From the IMG/VR virus record IMGVR_UViG_3300025407_000978, positions 1 to 56,716 of that record: a stretch of DNA of 56,716 nt. One strand, written 5' to 3'. Below are positions 26,687 to 37,928 of the stretch, one piece after another. The position numbers and the translations under genes were made by a program. Within the stretch, counting starts at the first letter, position 1. Each line of letters starts with the position of its first letter. The stretch comes from a virus. Taxonomy: Duplodnaviria; Caudoviricetes. The notes below the pieces were generated by a model, which saw only the letters and a program-made list of their open reading frames with translations, searched no databases and was not told where the DNA came from.

Positions 26687-29401
26687 TTAACCAAATGAAA
26701 ATAATGTATCAAATGTGCTATTTGTATCTGTAGAACTTTTTAAATCCCAATTCAATACGCCAAGTAAGTTGTCAATTTTTTTATCGACTAGTGTGTTTTC
26801 CATTTCTAAATCATCAAATGGCAATTCAATAAACCATTTAGGCAATCTTAATTCATCTACTGGATACGCAATACTTGTAAAGTTTAATGGGTTGTTGCGT
26901 AGTTTACAAACAACTACCTTCATACCATCAACAATCTTCATACTATAATTGTCCCCATTTACTCTACGCAGATAGTTCCAATTCAATGCTCCGCGAACAT
27001 GTCCCGGCATGTTTGCTTTTCCTGTACTGCTATTGGCTTCTTTTTCGCCATACATAGTAAGATTGTTTACAGACTTTGGACTACCCTTTGTCCAACTATC
27101 TTGTTGACTAAGCATGTTTTTAAAGTCTTTGATTTTTTCAATTACTTGTTCTTTATTACTACCAGCCAATACACTTTCAAGTACATCCATTAAGAACTCT
27201 TGAACATACTTTGGAGTATCTGCTCGTTTAAGATCAAGACCCATTGCTTTGATATTACCACGTTTACCGTTTACATCTAATCTTTTGCCTTCTTTATCAA
27301 AGATATTGATAGCATAGCGTTTCTTTGTAATGAATAAACTACGATCACCAATTAGTTCGCGTCCTGCTTTGATGATTTCTCCGTTCTTTCTTGGCGCATG
27401 GAATGCTCGTTCCATGAAGCTGGGAAAAGTAGCGTTGGTCTGTTCAGCAATGCTATCATAAAGTTGGATAACATTTTCTTTAGTCCACTCCAATTCACCA
27501 TTATCTATTTGCTCCTTAAGTATTGTATATGCGCTAAAGTAACAGCTATCAGTATCACCATAAACAATAGCTTGACCTTCGTGATTGTATTCGCCTGTTG
27601 CAATTTCATTTATAGTACTCATCATATGTCTAACAATCTGACGACCACTTAATGTTACGCTTTGACCAATACGTTTGTCATAAAAACGACAGTGTTCATT
27701 CAACAATGCTCCATAAGCACTGTTCAATAAAATTTTACGAACCAATTGACGTTTATCCCAATACGCACGTTCTTCGGGTGTAGTAGACTCTTTAAGTTTC
27801 TTTTGCATGACTTTACGATCACTATACCATCGTGATAATAGTCCGGGAATTACGCCTTCATTGTCATATCTAAAAATTGTACCGTTAGCACTTAGAATAT
27901 ATGGTTTATGACTATCAAATATCAACTTCCATACTTCTGCCGCGCTTTTTGTTTCAGTGCGTCCATCTGCATAATCAATTGTGAGTTCTGTGCCCCGTTC
28001 TTGATTCATAACGCTAGTATATTCTAGTGCACCAAATGTTCCTTCCCATAGTTTACTGCCAGTTTCAATATCGCTTTCGTCTTCTTTATATCGTGCTTTT
28101 TTGCTGGCTAATTCACGACCCTTATCAAGCATATATTGATCAGATAATATTGGTCTTAGTTGACCAACAATTGTTTCTGGAGCCATGTTTAATGCTCGAA
28201 TCACACTGGGATACAGACTGTTAATATCAACTGCGCCTACCCATTCATGTATGCCACGTTTAGGATTGGCGACAAACGCACCAGCTGCTGGACTTGTTTC
28301 TGTTTTATTTTCGTCACGCTTTTTCTTATCTGGAATTACAAGCCCACGCTCGTGTGCCTCGTTCATAATAGCCATTTCAATCATTGCTACAGAACCCATA
28401 ACAGTTGGCAACAATACAGTATTTTCATGTGCTAGTTGATTTGCCAATTCTAAGAACTGTAGTTTCTTGTCAATCTTAACAAGCAACATTGTATCCTGAC
28501 GATTGTATTCTAAGAATCTTTTGAAGTCTTTATTGTAAAGTTGGTCAAGTGTACCTTCATATTGAGTTTTGTTTTCACCAACTTCCATTTCACCAATAAA
28601 GTCTAGTTTATAACTATGGCGACTTTCATAGTTGTACTTCTTATACAACTGTAGATAGTCCATGTGTATACGACCAACCAAATCATAAGTTGTTTCAACT
28701 TTACCAAATCGTTCATATTCACGTGCTTTTGGAAGCTGACCAAGCAAACAGAATTTGCGTGTGTCATCTTTGCTCATTACACGTGTTACACGATTGACAA
28801 GATAGGGAATATCGTAACCTTCTGAGTTCCAACCACTGAGTACGTCTGCGTCTTCGATTAGTTTGAAGAATGCCTCAAACATTTCAATTTCACTGCGAAA
28901 CATTATACAATTATCAAATTCATCGATAATATCCTGTGCAGTGTCATCACTCATACTCTTTGGTGGTATGCATAATGTTACAAGTTGATCTAACCAAGTC
29001 AAATACAAACTAATTGCTGTGACTTTATTAAATGGATCGTTAGTTGGGCTAAAGCCTTTTTCTGGATCAAAATCTACTTCAATATCGAAAAATACTGTGT
29101 GTAGTTTTGGCGCATCAACTTTTAGATAGTGTTCGCTAAGACAGCGAAACACTACGTTTACATCGCTTTCAAATATCTTTTTATTGCCATGTATACGTCT
29201 TTCTTTTTCAAATTCAGCTTTTTTACGACTGCTGAATCTACTGACAGGATCTCCATACATACTACGATACTTGCCTTTTGGATCGGCATAGTACAATACA
29301 TAGTTAGCAGGATACTCGTTGTAAGTTCGCTTGCCGTCTTTACGTTCTACAACAAATATCCTATCAGTTTGTCTATCGTGTAATGCGTCAATGTAAGACA
29401 T
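26687..29401 (-). CDS. Family B DNA polymerase (gp43-like)
   Basis: Exonuclease DIE, GWNSEGYDIPY, YN.QD; polymerase DINSLYPS, KILLNSAYG, YGDTDS, KKRY. Confidence 0.97.
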   Translation of the reverse strand: MSYIDALHDRQTDRIFVVERKDGKRTYNEYPANYVLYYADPKGKYRSMYGDPVSRFSSRKKAEFEKERRIHGNKKIFESDVNVVFRCLSEHYLKVDAPKLHTVFFDIEVDFDPEKGFSPTNDPFNKVTAISLYLTWLDQLVTLCIPPKSMSDDTAQDIIDEFDNCIMFRSEIEMFEAFFKLIEDADVLSGWNSEGYDIPYLVNRVTRVMSKDDTRKFCLLGQLPKAREYERFGKVETTYDLVGRIHMDYLQLYKKYNYESRHSYKLDFIGEMEVGENKTQYEGTLDQLYNKDFKRFLEYNRQDTMLLVKIDKKLQFLELANQLAHENTVLLPTVMGSVAMIEMAIMNEAHERGLVIPDKKKRDENKTETSPAAGAFVANPKRGIHEWVGAVDINSLYPSVIRALNMAPETIVGQLRPILSDQYMLDKGRELASKKARYKEDESDIETGSKLWEGTFGALEYTSVMNQERGTELTIDYADGRTETKSAAEVWKLIFDSHKPYILSANGTIFRYDNEGVIPGLLSRWYSDRKVMQKKLKESTTPEERAYWDKRQLVRKILLNSAYGALLNEHCRFYDKRIGQSVTLSGRQIVRHMMSTINEIATGEYNHEGQAIVYGDTDSCYFSAYTILKEQIDNGELEWTKENVIQLYDSIAEQTNATFPSFMERAFHAPRKNGEIIKAGRELIGDRSLFITKKRYAINIFDKEGKRLDVNGKRGNIKAMGLDLKRADTPKYVQEFLMDVLESVLAGSNKEQVIEKIKDFKNMLSQQDSWTKGSPKSVNNLTMYGEKEANSSTGKANMPGHVRGALNWNYLRRVNGDNYSMKIVDGMKVVVCKLRNNPLNFTSIAYPVDELRLPKWFIELPFDDLEMENTLVDKKIDNLLGVLNWDLKSSTDTNSTFDTLFSFG

Positions 29402-29661
29402 TAAACAGTTTTACCTACTGTTTCCAAAATAGTATTCAATTCTTCGTTTTCTTTGTTAGTTTCGCCCAATTTCATCTTATGAGCAACTTTGATAGCTTTC
29501 TTAAGTACACTTGCTTTGATTTCTAATTCTTCAGCAACAGCTTTGATTGTGTCGTTAAGCCCGCCACTTAGTGTTTCAACTTCGTGCATTACAGCCAAAC
29601 CTTCATTAATCAATTGTGTCAACTTAATTTTGGCTTCATTATTAAAACTTCGTTCAGTCAT
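29401..29661 (-). CDS. T4 DsbA-like dsDNA-binding protein
   Basis: 86 aa helical, AEELEI....LKKAIK.AHK, coupled to the polymerase start. Confidence 0.55.
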   Translation of the reverse strand: MTERSFNNEAKIKLTQLINEGLAVMHEVETLSGGLNDTIKAVAEELEIKASVLKKAIKVAHKMKLGETNKENEELNTILETVGKTV

Positions 29662-29789
29662 TGTATCTCCTTGAATGTATTAATTATTATATAGAGTTAT
29701 GCATAAAAGTCAAACATTTTGTGTAATTAAATCCCCAAACCCCATAAAATTAAAAAAATCTTAATATTAATCGTGTTAAATATTGTTGT

Positions 29790-30443
29790 ATGCGAAAACC
29801 TAAAAAACCTAAAATATCAGTATTTTTACACCATCCCTATTGTTCAGCACATTGTGCTGTAAGCATACACGAGGCACTTTGGAAAAAATACAATGTTGAA
29901 CTTTTTCAATTAAAAGATTTATATAAACCCAAAACACTACGTGGTACTAAAATAATTTTATTTCCAGGTGGTGCGGGTGATAGTCAAAAGTTTCAAAGAG
30001 ATATAGTACCACATAAAGAACCAATACTTGAATACATGGACAAACGTGGCAAGTATCTTGGTATATGTATGGGGGCATACTGGGCTGGTTCATTATATTT
30101 TGATTTACTTAAAAATTTAGATGCTGTGCAGTACATTAAAAGACCACGTGCTGATGTGCGTAGAAGTCATGGCACAACTGCTGAAGTAGATTGGTTAGGA
30201 CAAACTACCAAAATGTATTTCTACGATGGCTGTGCTATTGTTGGTAACGGGCGTAGTAATGTTATTGCTACATATAAAAATGGTGACACCATGGCATGTA
30301 TTCAAAATCGAGTTGGTGTTATAGGTTGTCACCCTGAAAGTCTACGCAGTTGGTATCAAAAGCCTTTCATCGATCCCTTTTGGCATCGTGGGCATCATCA
30401 CAAATTATTATTAAACTTTACTGATATGTTAATGGAAGTTTAA
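29790..30443 (+). CDS. BPL-N-like class I glutamine-amidotransferase-fold protein
   Basis: FPGG, YLGICMGAY, HPE. Confidence 0.8.
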   Translation: MRKPKKPKISVFLHHPYCSAHCAVSIHEALWKKYNVELFQLKDLYKPKTLRGTKIILFPGGAGDSQKFQRDIVPHKEPILEYMDKRGKYLGICMGAYWAGSLYFDLLKNLDAVQYIKRPRADVRRSHGTTAEVDWLGQTTKMYFYDGCAIVGNGRSNVIATYKNGDTMACIQNRVGVIGCHPESLRSWYQKPFIDPFWHRGHHHKLLLNFTDMLMEV

Positions 30444-30493
30444 TTATTATGTAGGAATTGTATTGTTTGGCGATTGTATTCATGAATTCTACA

Positions 30494-31477
30494 CTACGCA
30501 TCTATAGTTCCCTGTGAAGGTTCTGAAGTTGGTGCTACACTGTTGTAACTCAATGGAAAAGCATTTGCCAATTTTTTTATTTCATCGGTCGCATTATACC
30601 CGTCTCTAACTAAAGGGCTACCGTCCAGTGTTTTAGTTTCACTACTAGCATTTTTAATTAAATCTGCTTTTTGCGCTATAGCATCAGTAATTTGTTTTAA
30701 TAATCCTGGATTAATTTTAGCAAAAGTTTCATCGCTACTTTCATAATCTTGGACAGCATCTTTAATTTGTCTTGTAGCAGCGTGTAATTGCCATTTTTGA
30801 AATTTGTTGCCGCCATTTGATTTATCAAATACATCAATCATCATACCTTGCGTTGCGTATCTGTGAAACCATGTGCTATCACTTGACCCAGTACAAAATC
30901 TAGCAGTAACACCCGCAGCATTGTTGAAAAAATAACAAGCACCATAGTTTAAAGGTATCGATACCCAATATCTGTCATCGTCAATTAATACTATTTCTTT
31001 TTTATTTTTCTTTGCGGCGTTAATGCGTTCTTCATCTTTTAATCTAGATATTTCAGCATTATAGTACTGCATTCTGTTAATTAATTGTCGTATGGTTTTA
31101 TATTGATTTAAATCAGTGTCGGTACTTTTTAATAATTTTCTTTTTAATAATGCGTTATAAGCACCTAACATGTCCACGCCTTCACCTGACAAATCTTCCC
31201 AGTTTAGCGCATTATTGGCATACAGTCTCATTAACCAATCGTCAAATTTGCCCGGGCCACTTAAATCTCCATACATTGAATCTCTTAAACGACTGTCAAT
31301 TAAATCGCTTAATGCTTTTACAACATTATCGTCACTTGGATTTCTGCCTAACTTTACCAATACTTCCTTTGGAAAAGATCTGTCGTGATGTACAGCTAAC
31401 GCTATCATTTTTTTAAGTTTAGGGTCGTTTATTTTTTTATAAACATTTGCTTCTTTAATAATATGTGCTATTTTCAT
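30494..31477 (-). CDS. Hypothetical protein (possible head-packaged protein)
   Basis: N-terminus MKIAHIIKEA; IPLNYGAC...FCT domain. Confidence 0.7.
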   Translation of the reverse strand: MKIAHIIKEANVYKKINDPKLKKMIALAVHHDRSFPKEVLVKLGRNPSDDNVVKALSDLIDSRLRDSMYGDLSGPGKFDDWLMRLYANNALNWEDLSGEGVDMLGAYNALLKRKLLKSTDTDLNQYKTIRQLINRMQYYNAEISRLKDEERINAAKKNKKEIVLIDDDRYWVSIPLNYGACYFFNNAAGVTARFCTGSSDSTWFHRYATQGMMIDVFDKSNGGNKFQKWQLHAATRQIKDAVQDYESSDETFAKINPGLLKQITDAIAQKADLIKNASSETKTLDGSPLVRDGYNATDEIKKLANAFPLSYNSVAPTSEPSQGTIDA

Positions 31478-32343
31478 GTTGCTACCAATTCGCGTTTTAA
31501 ATAGTATAATATCGTTGACAATTTTTTAAAATCACCATTCATAACATCATTTAATATGTTTTCTTTTTGTTGACTGTATAATTCATTTGGATGGTACATT
31601 AATACAGTTAACGTTACTGCTCTATTTAAAGCATCTCTTAAAACGTCCCACATGTTACTACCACGATCAGTACTAAATCTATTGGTTTTCAAATCTGTGT
31701 ATAACATATGTAATTGATCTAGTCTTTGAATTTTATCTTTCATTAAATCATACGCATCATTTTTTAACATATTCATAGCAACGCCACGAACATCTGCTAT
31801 AGACTTTTCAACTGTTTTTAATAATACAGGTTGAAATTTTTTTGCTAGGTGGCGAATATCATAATCTTTATCTTTATTTATATTTTTTTTCACGGTAGAC
31901 ACTGGTAATACAATACGATATGCTTGTTTAATTTTGCCAACGTGTTCTTTAATAAGGCTTCCAGTGTCTTTTAAATTACCTACGTATGATGCATGATGTT
32001 CGCCAGACTGTGTATTATAAGTTTGTACATTATATCCACCTTGATTTTTCAACTCCATAACAGCAGCACCTACTTCACAAGCAAATATTAACATAACTTT
32101 TGAATTGCGGCTATATAGATCGCGCTCAATGTTTGTTAGTTCTAGTTGATTTTTGTTTATACTTTTTATTGGGACTTGTTTAATATCATGTGGATCGTGG
32201 CTTATTTTATATTTTTTGTGTAAGATTTTTACTAACTCATTAACACCTGGCGCATCTATGCCTTTGAAATAATTCAATACAGCACTGGCTTCGGTGAGAT
32301 AATTTAATAAATGCCCAAATTGTACGGTGTCTTCTACTAACAT
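31474..32343 (-). CDS. Hypothetical late protein
   Basis: GATAAATA at 32351-32358 directly upstream. Confidence 0.7.
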   Translation of the reverse strand: MLVEDTVQFGHLLNYLTEASAVLNYFKGIDAPGVNELVKILHKKYKISHDPHDIKQVPIKSINKNQLELTNIERDLYSRNSKVMLIFACEVGAAVMELKNQGGYNVQTYNTQSGEHHASYVGNLKDTGSLIKEHVGKIKQAYRIVLPVSTVKKNINKDKDYDIRHLAKKFQPVLLKTVEKSIADVRGVAMNMLKNDAYDLMKDKIQRLDQLHMLYTDLKTNRFSTDRGSNMWDVLRDALNRAVTLTVLMYHPNELYSQQKENILNDVMNGDFKKLSTILYYLKRELVAT

Positions 32344-32350
32344 AATCTAG

Positions 32351-32393
32351 TATTTATCCCATTTAATTATATAAGCAAGTTTCCGTATAAATA
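32351..32393. promoter_or_regulatory. Divergent T4-like late promoters
   Basis: Minus strand GATAAATA at 32351-32358; plus strand TATAAATA at 32386-32393. Confidence 0.6.
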
Positions 32394-32423
32394 GAGTTTC
32401 ATTGTCGTCAAAAAGAGTAACTT

Positions 32424-33338
32424 ATGGATTCTATCAACGAAAAACTATACGTCATTACATGTATCTTTAACCCTGAAAATTACCAATCAAGGTATAAATT
32501 ATATCATAATTTTGAAGAATATCTTAAAAAATTTGATAATGTTGAATTATATACTGTAGAATTAGCCATTGGTGATCAAGATTTTGCTGTAACCTCAGAA
32601 AATTGCCCCAGGCATATACAATTAAGAACTAATGAAGTATTGTGGTATAAAGAAAATCTACTTAATATAGGAATTAAGCAACTACCAAATGACGCTAAGT
32701 ATATAGCTTGGATTGATGCAGACATTGACTTTGTTGAAGAAAACTGGGTAGAAAAAACTATTATAGCGTTGAATAAACATCCTGTGGTGCAAATGTTTAA
32801 AAAAGCAAACGATCTTGGTCCTGATAATGAAATTATCAGTACTGCTAAAGGATTTGTATATAAATGGATTACTGGAGATTTTACCGAGCAAAATAGAGGT
32901 CGTTCTGGACTTGCCTGGGCAGCAACTCGTGAAGCATTAGATAATTTAGGATTATTGATTGACTGGGGAGTAGTTGGTTCAGGAGATTGGTTTATGGTGT
33001 TTGCTTTAACTGATCAACTTACTGCTGAAAATATGAAGAAAAAAACCGGTGGTTACTCAGGAGATGCATTAAAAATATGGGCTGATAAATGCAAAGTTCA
33101 TATTAAGAAAAACGTAGGTTATGTAAACCTAACACTTAATCATTTTTGGCATGGTAAGAAAAGTAATCGTGGGTATAACTGGCGTTGGAAAATATTAAGC
33201 GAAAACAAGTTTAATCCATTAACTGACTTAGACTATGATGAACAAGGTTTAATTAAATTAAGAGTAGAAAAACCACAGTTACTTGAAGATATCAAAAACT
33301 ATTTTCATTCTCGCAATGAAGATGATACTGAAACGTAA
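32424..33338 (+). CDS. GT-A fold glycosyltransferase-like protein
   Basis: KENLLNIG, IAWIDADI (DxD), GSGD, HFWHG. Confidence 0.7.
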   Translation: MDSINEKLYVITCIFNPENYQSRYKLYHNFEEYLKKFDNVELYTVELAIGDQDFAVTSENCPRHIQLRTNEVLWYKENLLNIGIKQLPNDAKYIAWIDADIDFVEENWVEKTIIALNKHPVVQMFKKANDLGPDNEIISTAKGFVYKWITGDFTEQNRGRSGLAWAATREALDNLGLLIDWGVVGSGDWFMVFALTDQLTAENMKKKTGGYSGDALKIWADKCKVHIKKNVGYVNLTLNHFWHGKKSNRGYNWRWKILSENKFNPLTDLDYDEQGLIKLRVEKPQLLEDIKNYFHSRNEDDTET

Positions 33339-33746
33339 TTATTGAAAGATTTTATGGTGTTTTTCACCATATATCTTAATGTATTTCCCAGCTAACATGT
33401 CAGCCATAGCCTCAATAGGGCTACCTGGATAACTATCACCGGGTTTAATCATGCCTATTTCGTCTTGTCTCCAATGTACTAATTCATGGAATACTGTTCT
33501 AAGTATATCTACTAAGTTTCTATTCTTAGCATATACCCAAACTTTATTATCTCCATGTACATGTCGACCGGTATGATGATTATCTTGTGCGTCTTTGGTG
33601 TCATAGCTTAAATCAATACCGGGCATTTTTTGAATGTGCAAACGTCTGCCCGCCCATTGTGCAAATTTTTCTACTTCTTGTCGCAAATATGCATCAGCTT
33701 GGTTTTTATCGTCTGCTAATGTGTGCATGAATTCTTGTGTACGCAT
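33339..33746 (-). CDS. Zincin metallopeptidase-like protein
   Basis: HELVH plus downstream E.MA; late promoter at 33751-33758. Confidence 0.7.
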   Translation of the reverse strand: MRTQEFMHTLADDKNQADAYLRQEVEKFAQWAGRRLHIQKMPGIDLSYDTKDAQDNHHTGRHVHGDNKVWVYAKNRNLVDILRTVFHELVHWRQDEIGMIKPGDSYPGSPIEAMADMLAGKYIKIYGEKHHKIFQ

Positions 33747-33763
33747 CTAGTATTTATCTTGGT

Positions 33764-34918
33764 TTATTGTATCTTTGGATAAAAATAGCTGTTGTTATTA
33801 TGATACAGGTATTCATCATAGTTAGCTTTAGACTTTAAAGTGCTAAAATTATGTTCTACTATAGGAATTATAAATTCTTGAAAATCTAACCAATCTTTGT
33901 CGGTAAACTTACATAATCTTTCCAATTCATCAACTATAGCCTCTATTCTTTGTACATCATTTTCTATATTATCATAACTTTCATTTATCCATGGGCTAAA
34001 AGTTTTATATCCTATTTCTTTTAATCTTTTGAGCATGTGAGGGGGTCCTGCTAAAATAAATGGATGTTTTGCTTTTACAGCTTTCCAAGTTTTTTCTGTA
34101 AAGTACATAGACCTAACATGCCATCCATCGAATTCCCATAACTTTTCAAATGCCATATCTTTAAAAAATACTGTTTCTGATACCAAACTTATATAGCTGT
34201 CATTATACAGTTTTAAATCATGTATAGTATGCCCATGATTGATACCTTTATGAGTTAATGTCATTGGAAACAACTCTATGTTTTTTGTAATAATTGTTTC
34301 AATTTTATTAAATTCTTTATTACATTTACTAATTAACGGAAGTCTTTTTAATATGTCTGGTGCTGTACTTTGCATAGACATATAAAAATTATCTTGTAAG
34401 TTGCGCAAAAGTATTTCTCCAATTAACCATAATCTATGTGGTCTAGACATACCGTTAAAAAACAAAAAGTTTTTCTTTTTAGTTTTGGTACTTAAATTTT
34501 GTACTGTAACAAAATTTGTATCAAACATTAATTCGTTGGCTGCGTTAGATTCAAATGTGTTGTTAAACAATAAATTTGGTATGGCAACGTAATTATTTTT
34601 CTTACACCATTCAATGTAAGAATTTATATTATCAATAACTGGTTCTGCTGAAACTAATAAAAACGTTTTGTTTATATCAAAATTATATCTATCTAATAAT
34701 ATTCTTATCACCTTTTCTATGTTGTATATACAAGGATAATAAAATGCTTCGCCCAACATGCTAAAAAGAACCCCTACTTTTTCTTCTGTTACAGAATGTA
34801 ATATAGTTTCGGCTAAAGCATCACAATTTAAAGAATCTTTTTTTAATAAATTAAAATTTATAAAAAAATATTTCTCTAATTCTTTTTTTCTTATTTTGGT
34901 ATAATTTAAATTATTCAT
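33764..34918 (-). CDS. Glycosyltransferase-like protein, paralog 3
   Basis: FLFFNG..RPHR, SYISLVSET, TEKTWK...KHPFI, GYKTF. Confidence 0.55.
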   Translation of the reverse strand: MNNLNYTKIRKKELEKYFFINFNLLKKDSLNCDALAETILHSVTEEKVGVLFSMLGEAFYYPCIYNIEKVIRILLDRYNFDINKTFLLVSAEPVIDNINSYIEWCKKNNYVAIPNLLFNNTFESNAANELMFDTNFVTVQNLSTKTKKKNFLFFNGMSRPHRLWLIGEILLRNLQDNFYMSMQSTAPDILKRLPLISKCNKEFNKIETIITKNIELFPMTLTHKGINHGHTIHDLKLYNDSYISLVSETVFFKDMAFEKLWEFDGWHVRSMYFTEKTWKAVKAKHPFILAGPPHMLKRLKEIGYKTFSPWINESYDNIENDVQRIEAIVDELERLCKFTDKDWLDFQEFIIPIVEHNFSTLKSKANYDEYLYHNNNSYFYPKIQ

Positions 34919-36089
34919 TTTTAAATAATATATATTCAGCAGTTGTTTTGGTAGCTAAAGTGTTAAAATTATGCTCTATAATAGGAATGGCAAATTCTTG
35001 AAAAGATAACCATTCTTGATCAGTAAAGTTACACAATCTATGTAGTTCAGCTATAATAGCTTCTAATCTTTGTATATCATCATCAATTTCATCATAACTT
35101 TCATTTATAAATGGGCTAAATGTTTTGTACCCTAACTCTTTTAAACGTTTTAATGTGTTTGGCGCCCCTGCTATAATAAAAGGATGTTTTGCTTTAATTG
35201 GTCTCCATGTTTTTTCTGTAATAAAAAGTGATCTTACATTATTACCTTCATTATGTATATTTACATGTTTAAAAAATACCGTTTCTGCTACAAGACTTAT
35301 ATAACTGTCATTGTATAATTTTAAGTCACTAACATTATGTCGATGCTCATTTTTATTATTGGGGCTGACTACTAACGGAAACATATCTATATTTTCTTTT
35401 ATGATAGATTCAATTTTATCAAATTTGTTTGTATTATAATGTTTTTTAAACTGTTGGTTAATTTCATTAATTAATTCTGAGACTATGTTACTATCTTGTT
35501 GTAAAGAAATGTAAAATTTATCTTGTAAGTTATGTAAAAATATTTCTCCAATTAACCACATTCTATGAGGTCTTACTACCCCGTTAAAAAACAAAAAATT
35601 CTTTTTCTTAAGTTTTGGAGTTAAACTTTTTAATGTTAAAAAAGTATGATCATACAATATTTCATTGGCTGCTTGATGTTGAAATATACTTACGTAAATT
35701 AAATGTTTTATGGGAAATAAATTATTTTTACTACATATATCATTATAAATTTGTATTTCTTCCTCAATTGGTTCAGATGATGTTAGTAAATACAATTTGT
35801 TTGTATCAAAATTATATTTGTCTATTAAGATTTTAATAACCTTTTCCAAATGTTTTAAATACACAACAAAAAAACCTTCACCCTGACAACTAAAAATAAC
35901 TCCTAATTTCCCTTCTATAGATTGAAATATAATATCTGCTAAACTTTCATAATAAGTGTGCTGTTTTGACAATTTTAAATTTTCATTTTTAAACATTGTT
36001 TGTATTCTAGGCAGCATAAACCTACCCTGTGTGAGTATCACATATGATTGTTCTAATTCTTCAAACGTATAAGAAAATTGTTTATACAT
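34911..36089 (-). CDS. Glycosyltransferase-like protein, paralog 2
   Basis: Same motifs; likely start MYKQFSY at 36089. Confidence 0.55.
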   Translation of the reverse strand: MYKQFSYTFEELEQSYVILTQGRFMLPRIQTMFKNENLKLSKQHTYYESLADIIFQSIEGKLGVIFSCQGEGFFVVYLKHLEKVIKILIDKYNFDTNKLYLLTSSEPIEEEIQIYNDICSKNNLFPIKHLIYVSIFQHQAANEILYDHTFLTLKSLTPKLKKKNFLFFNGVVRPHRMWLIGEIFLHNLQDKFYISLQQDSNIVSELINEINQQFKKHYNTNKFDKIESIIKENIDMFPLVVSPNNKNEHRHNVSDLKLYNDSYISLVAETVFFKHVNIHNEGNNVRSLFITEKTWRPIKAKHPFIIAGAPNTLKRLKELGYKTFSPFINESYDEIDDDIQRLEAIIAELHRLCNFTDQEWLSFQEFAIPIIEHNFNTLATKTTAEYILFKNE

Positions 36090-37267
36090 GATAGATATGA
36101 TACTCTGCATTGGTTTTTGTTGATAAAACATTAAAATTATGTTCTATAATAGGAATAGAAAACTCTTGAAATTCTAACCATTCTTTTTCAGTAAAATTAC
36201 ATAGCCTACTTATTTCATTTGTTATGGCTTCTATTCTTAAAAAATCATCTTCTATTGTGTCATAACTTTCATCAATAAAGAGACTAAAAGTTTTATATCC
36301 CATTTTTCTTAACCTTTCCAATACGTATGGGGAGCCAGCTATAATAAAAGGATGTTTTGCTTTGATTGGTTTAAATGTCTTTTCTGTTAAAAACATTGAT
36401 CTTATATTGCCCCCTTCTATGTCATTATTAACAGTTATTTTAGAAAAAAATGTAGTTTCAGCTACCAAACTTATATAGCTATTATTATAAAGTTGTAAAT
36501 CTTGTGGGGTGTGAATATGTAATACCCCATTATGTGTCAACGTCATAGGAAAAAGATTAATATTTTGTTTTAATATATCTGCGATTTTAAGAAACCTATT
36601 GTTATTACCAATTTGATTAATTTGATTGTTTATTATATCAAGTTTGTTATATATAACTTTATTGTTATCTTGCATAGATATGTAAAATTTATCCTGCAAA
36701 TTACGTAAAAAGATTTCCCCTATTAACCATAATCTATGCGGTCTTGATTCACCATTAAAAAACAAAAAGCTTTTCTTTTTAGTTTTGGGTTTTAAGTTTT
36801 TAATTGTTAAAAAGTTAAATTTGTTGATTTCGTTACCTGCATAGTATTGAAACCAACTAACATAGATAATGTTTGGTATAAAAAACCAATCTTTCTCTTT
36901 ACAGTATTGACGATACAACTCTATGTCTTGTGATACTGGTTCTGAACTTGATATATAAAAAATTTTATTCTTATCAAAATTGTATTTTTCAAACAAAATT
37001 TTGATTACTTTGTTTATTATATTTAAAAAAGAAATGTAGAATCCTTCACCCTCACAATAAAAAGCTACTCCTAATTTACCATCATTAACTGATTGATTAA
37101 TTGTTTTTGCAATATCTTCGTAAAAACTATTATTAGTTACTACGTGTGGTAATGTGGCTTTAAATGTATCTGTTAATAACATTGCAGGTTCAAATACGTT
37201 TTGAGTTAAAACTACATAAGAGTTTTTTTAATTCATCTAATGAATGTGTAGAAATGTATTCAAACAT
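36082..37267 (-). CDS. Glycosyltransferase-like protein, paralog 1 (5' frameshift in a homopolymer)
   Basis: Same motifs; homology to paralog 2 extends to the ATG at 37267 if one A of the A7 run (37223-37229) is removed. Confidence 0.55.
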
Positions 37268-37928
37268 GATAACTATCTACCAACCCTAATTTATTTAAAA
37301 ATACATTAGTTTGGGAAGTTTTAACTCCAGTTAATTGAAATGTAACTCTAGGATGTTGTCCAGCATTTGCGGTACAGTGGGGTACGTTCTGCCAGTCAAA
37401 TGTGGTAACATCTCCTGCATTCCATTTAGTAAAGTTATATGTTCCATAACTCCAAAACTGCCCCATTTGCCAGTCTGTTAATTGAATCATAATACGCATG
37501 ACACTACTGGGGTTTTCAGGACACCATTTTTCTAATTTGTCAATATGTAAGTTCCAAACTTGTCCTGGCAACTGTACATGTATACGATTCATACAATCTT
37601 GTAGTGCAAACAAATCACTGATTTTTTGTAAAGTATCGTCTAATTCCCAACACAAATTAGTGATAACCATATCAGTATCAACGCCAATTCGTTCTAAATC
37701 ATAATGTTCTTCTTTTAAATCTACACTTGGAATACTGTTTTCTTTTGCCTTATATCCACGTGTAGCCCAAGTTGCAGGTTTACTGTTTTCAACAGCAGTT
37801 TTTACAATATTACTAAAGTCACAATTAATTTTACCTAATCGAATAACTCTATCATATGCAGGATCAAACTTTATTGGATTAAAGTGATACTTGCTTTTAG
37901 CTACTGTTTTATCCCAACTTGATTTCAT
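37260..37928 (-). CDS. Cupin / Fe(II)-oxygenase-like protein
   Basis: Q.PGQ..NLHID, PHCTAN.G...R. Confidence 0.55.
   Translation of the reverse strand: MKSSWDKTVAKSKYHFNPIKFDPAYDRVIRLGKINCDFSNIVKTAVENSKPATWATRGYKAKENSIPSVDLKEEHYDLERIGVDTDMVITNLCWELDDTLQKISDLFALQDCMNRIHVQLPGQVWNLHIDKLEKWCPENPSSVMRIMIQLTDWQMGQFWSYGTYNFTKWNAGDVTTFDWQNVPHCTANAGQHPRVTFQLTGVKTSQTNVFLNKLGLVDSYHV

Noticed and set aside
26687-29401. Intein or split in the DNA polymerase
   Set aside because: Normal length (904 aa), contiguous motifs, no intein splice signatures
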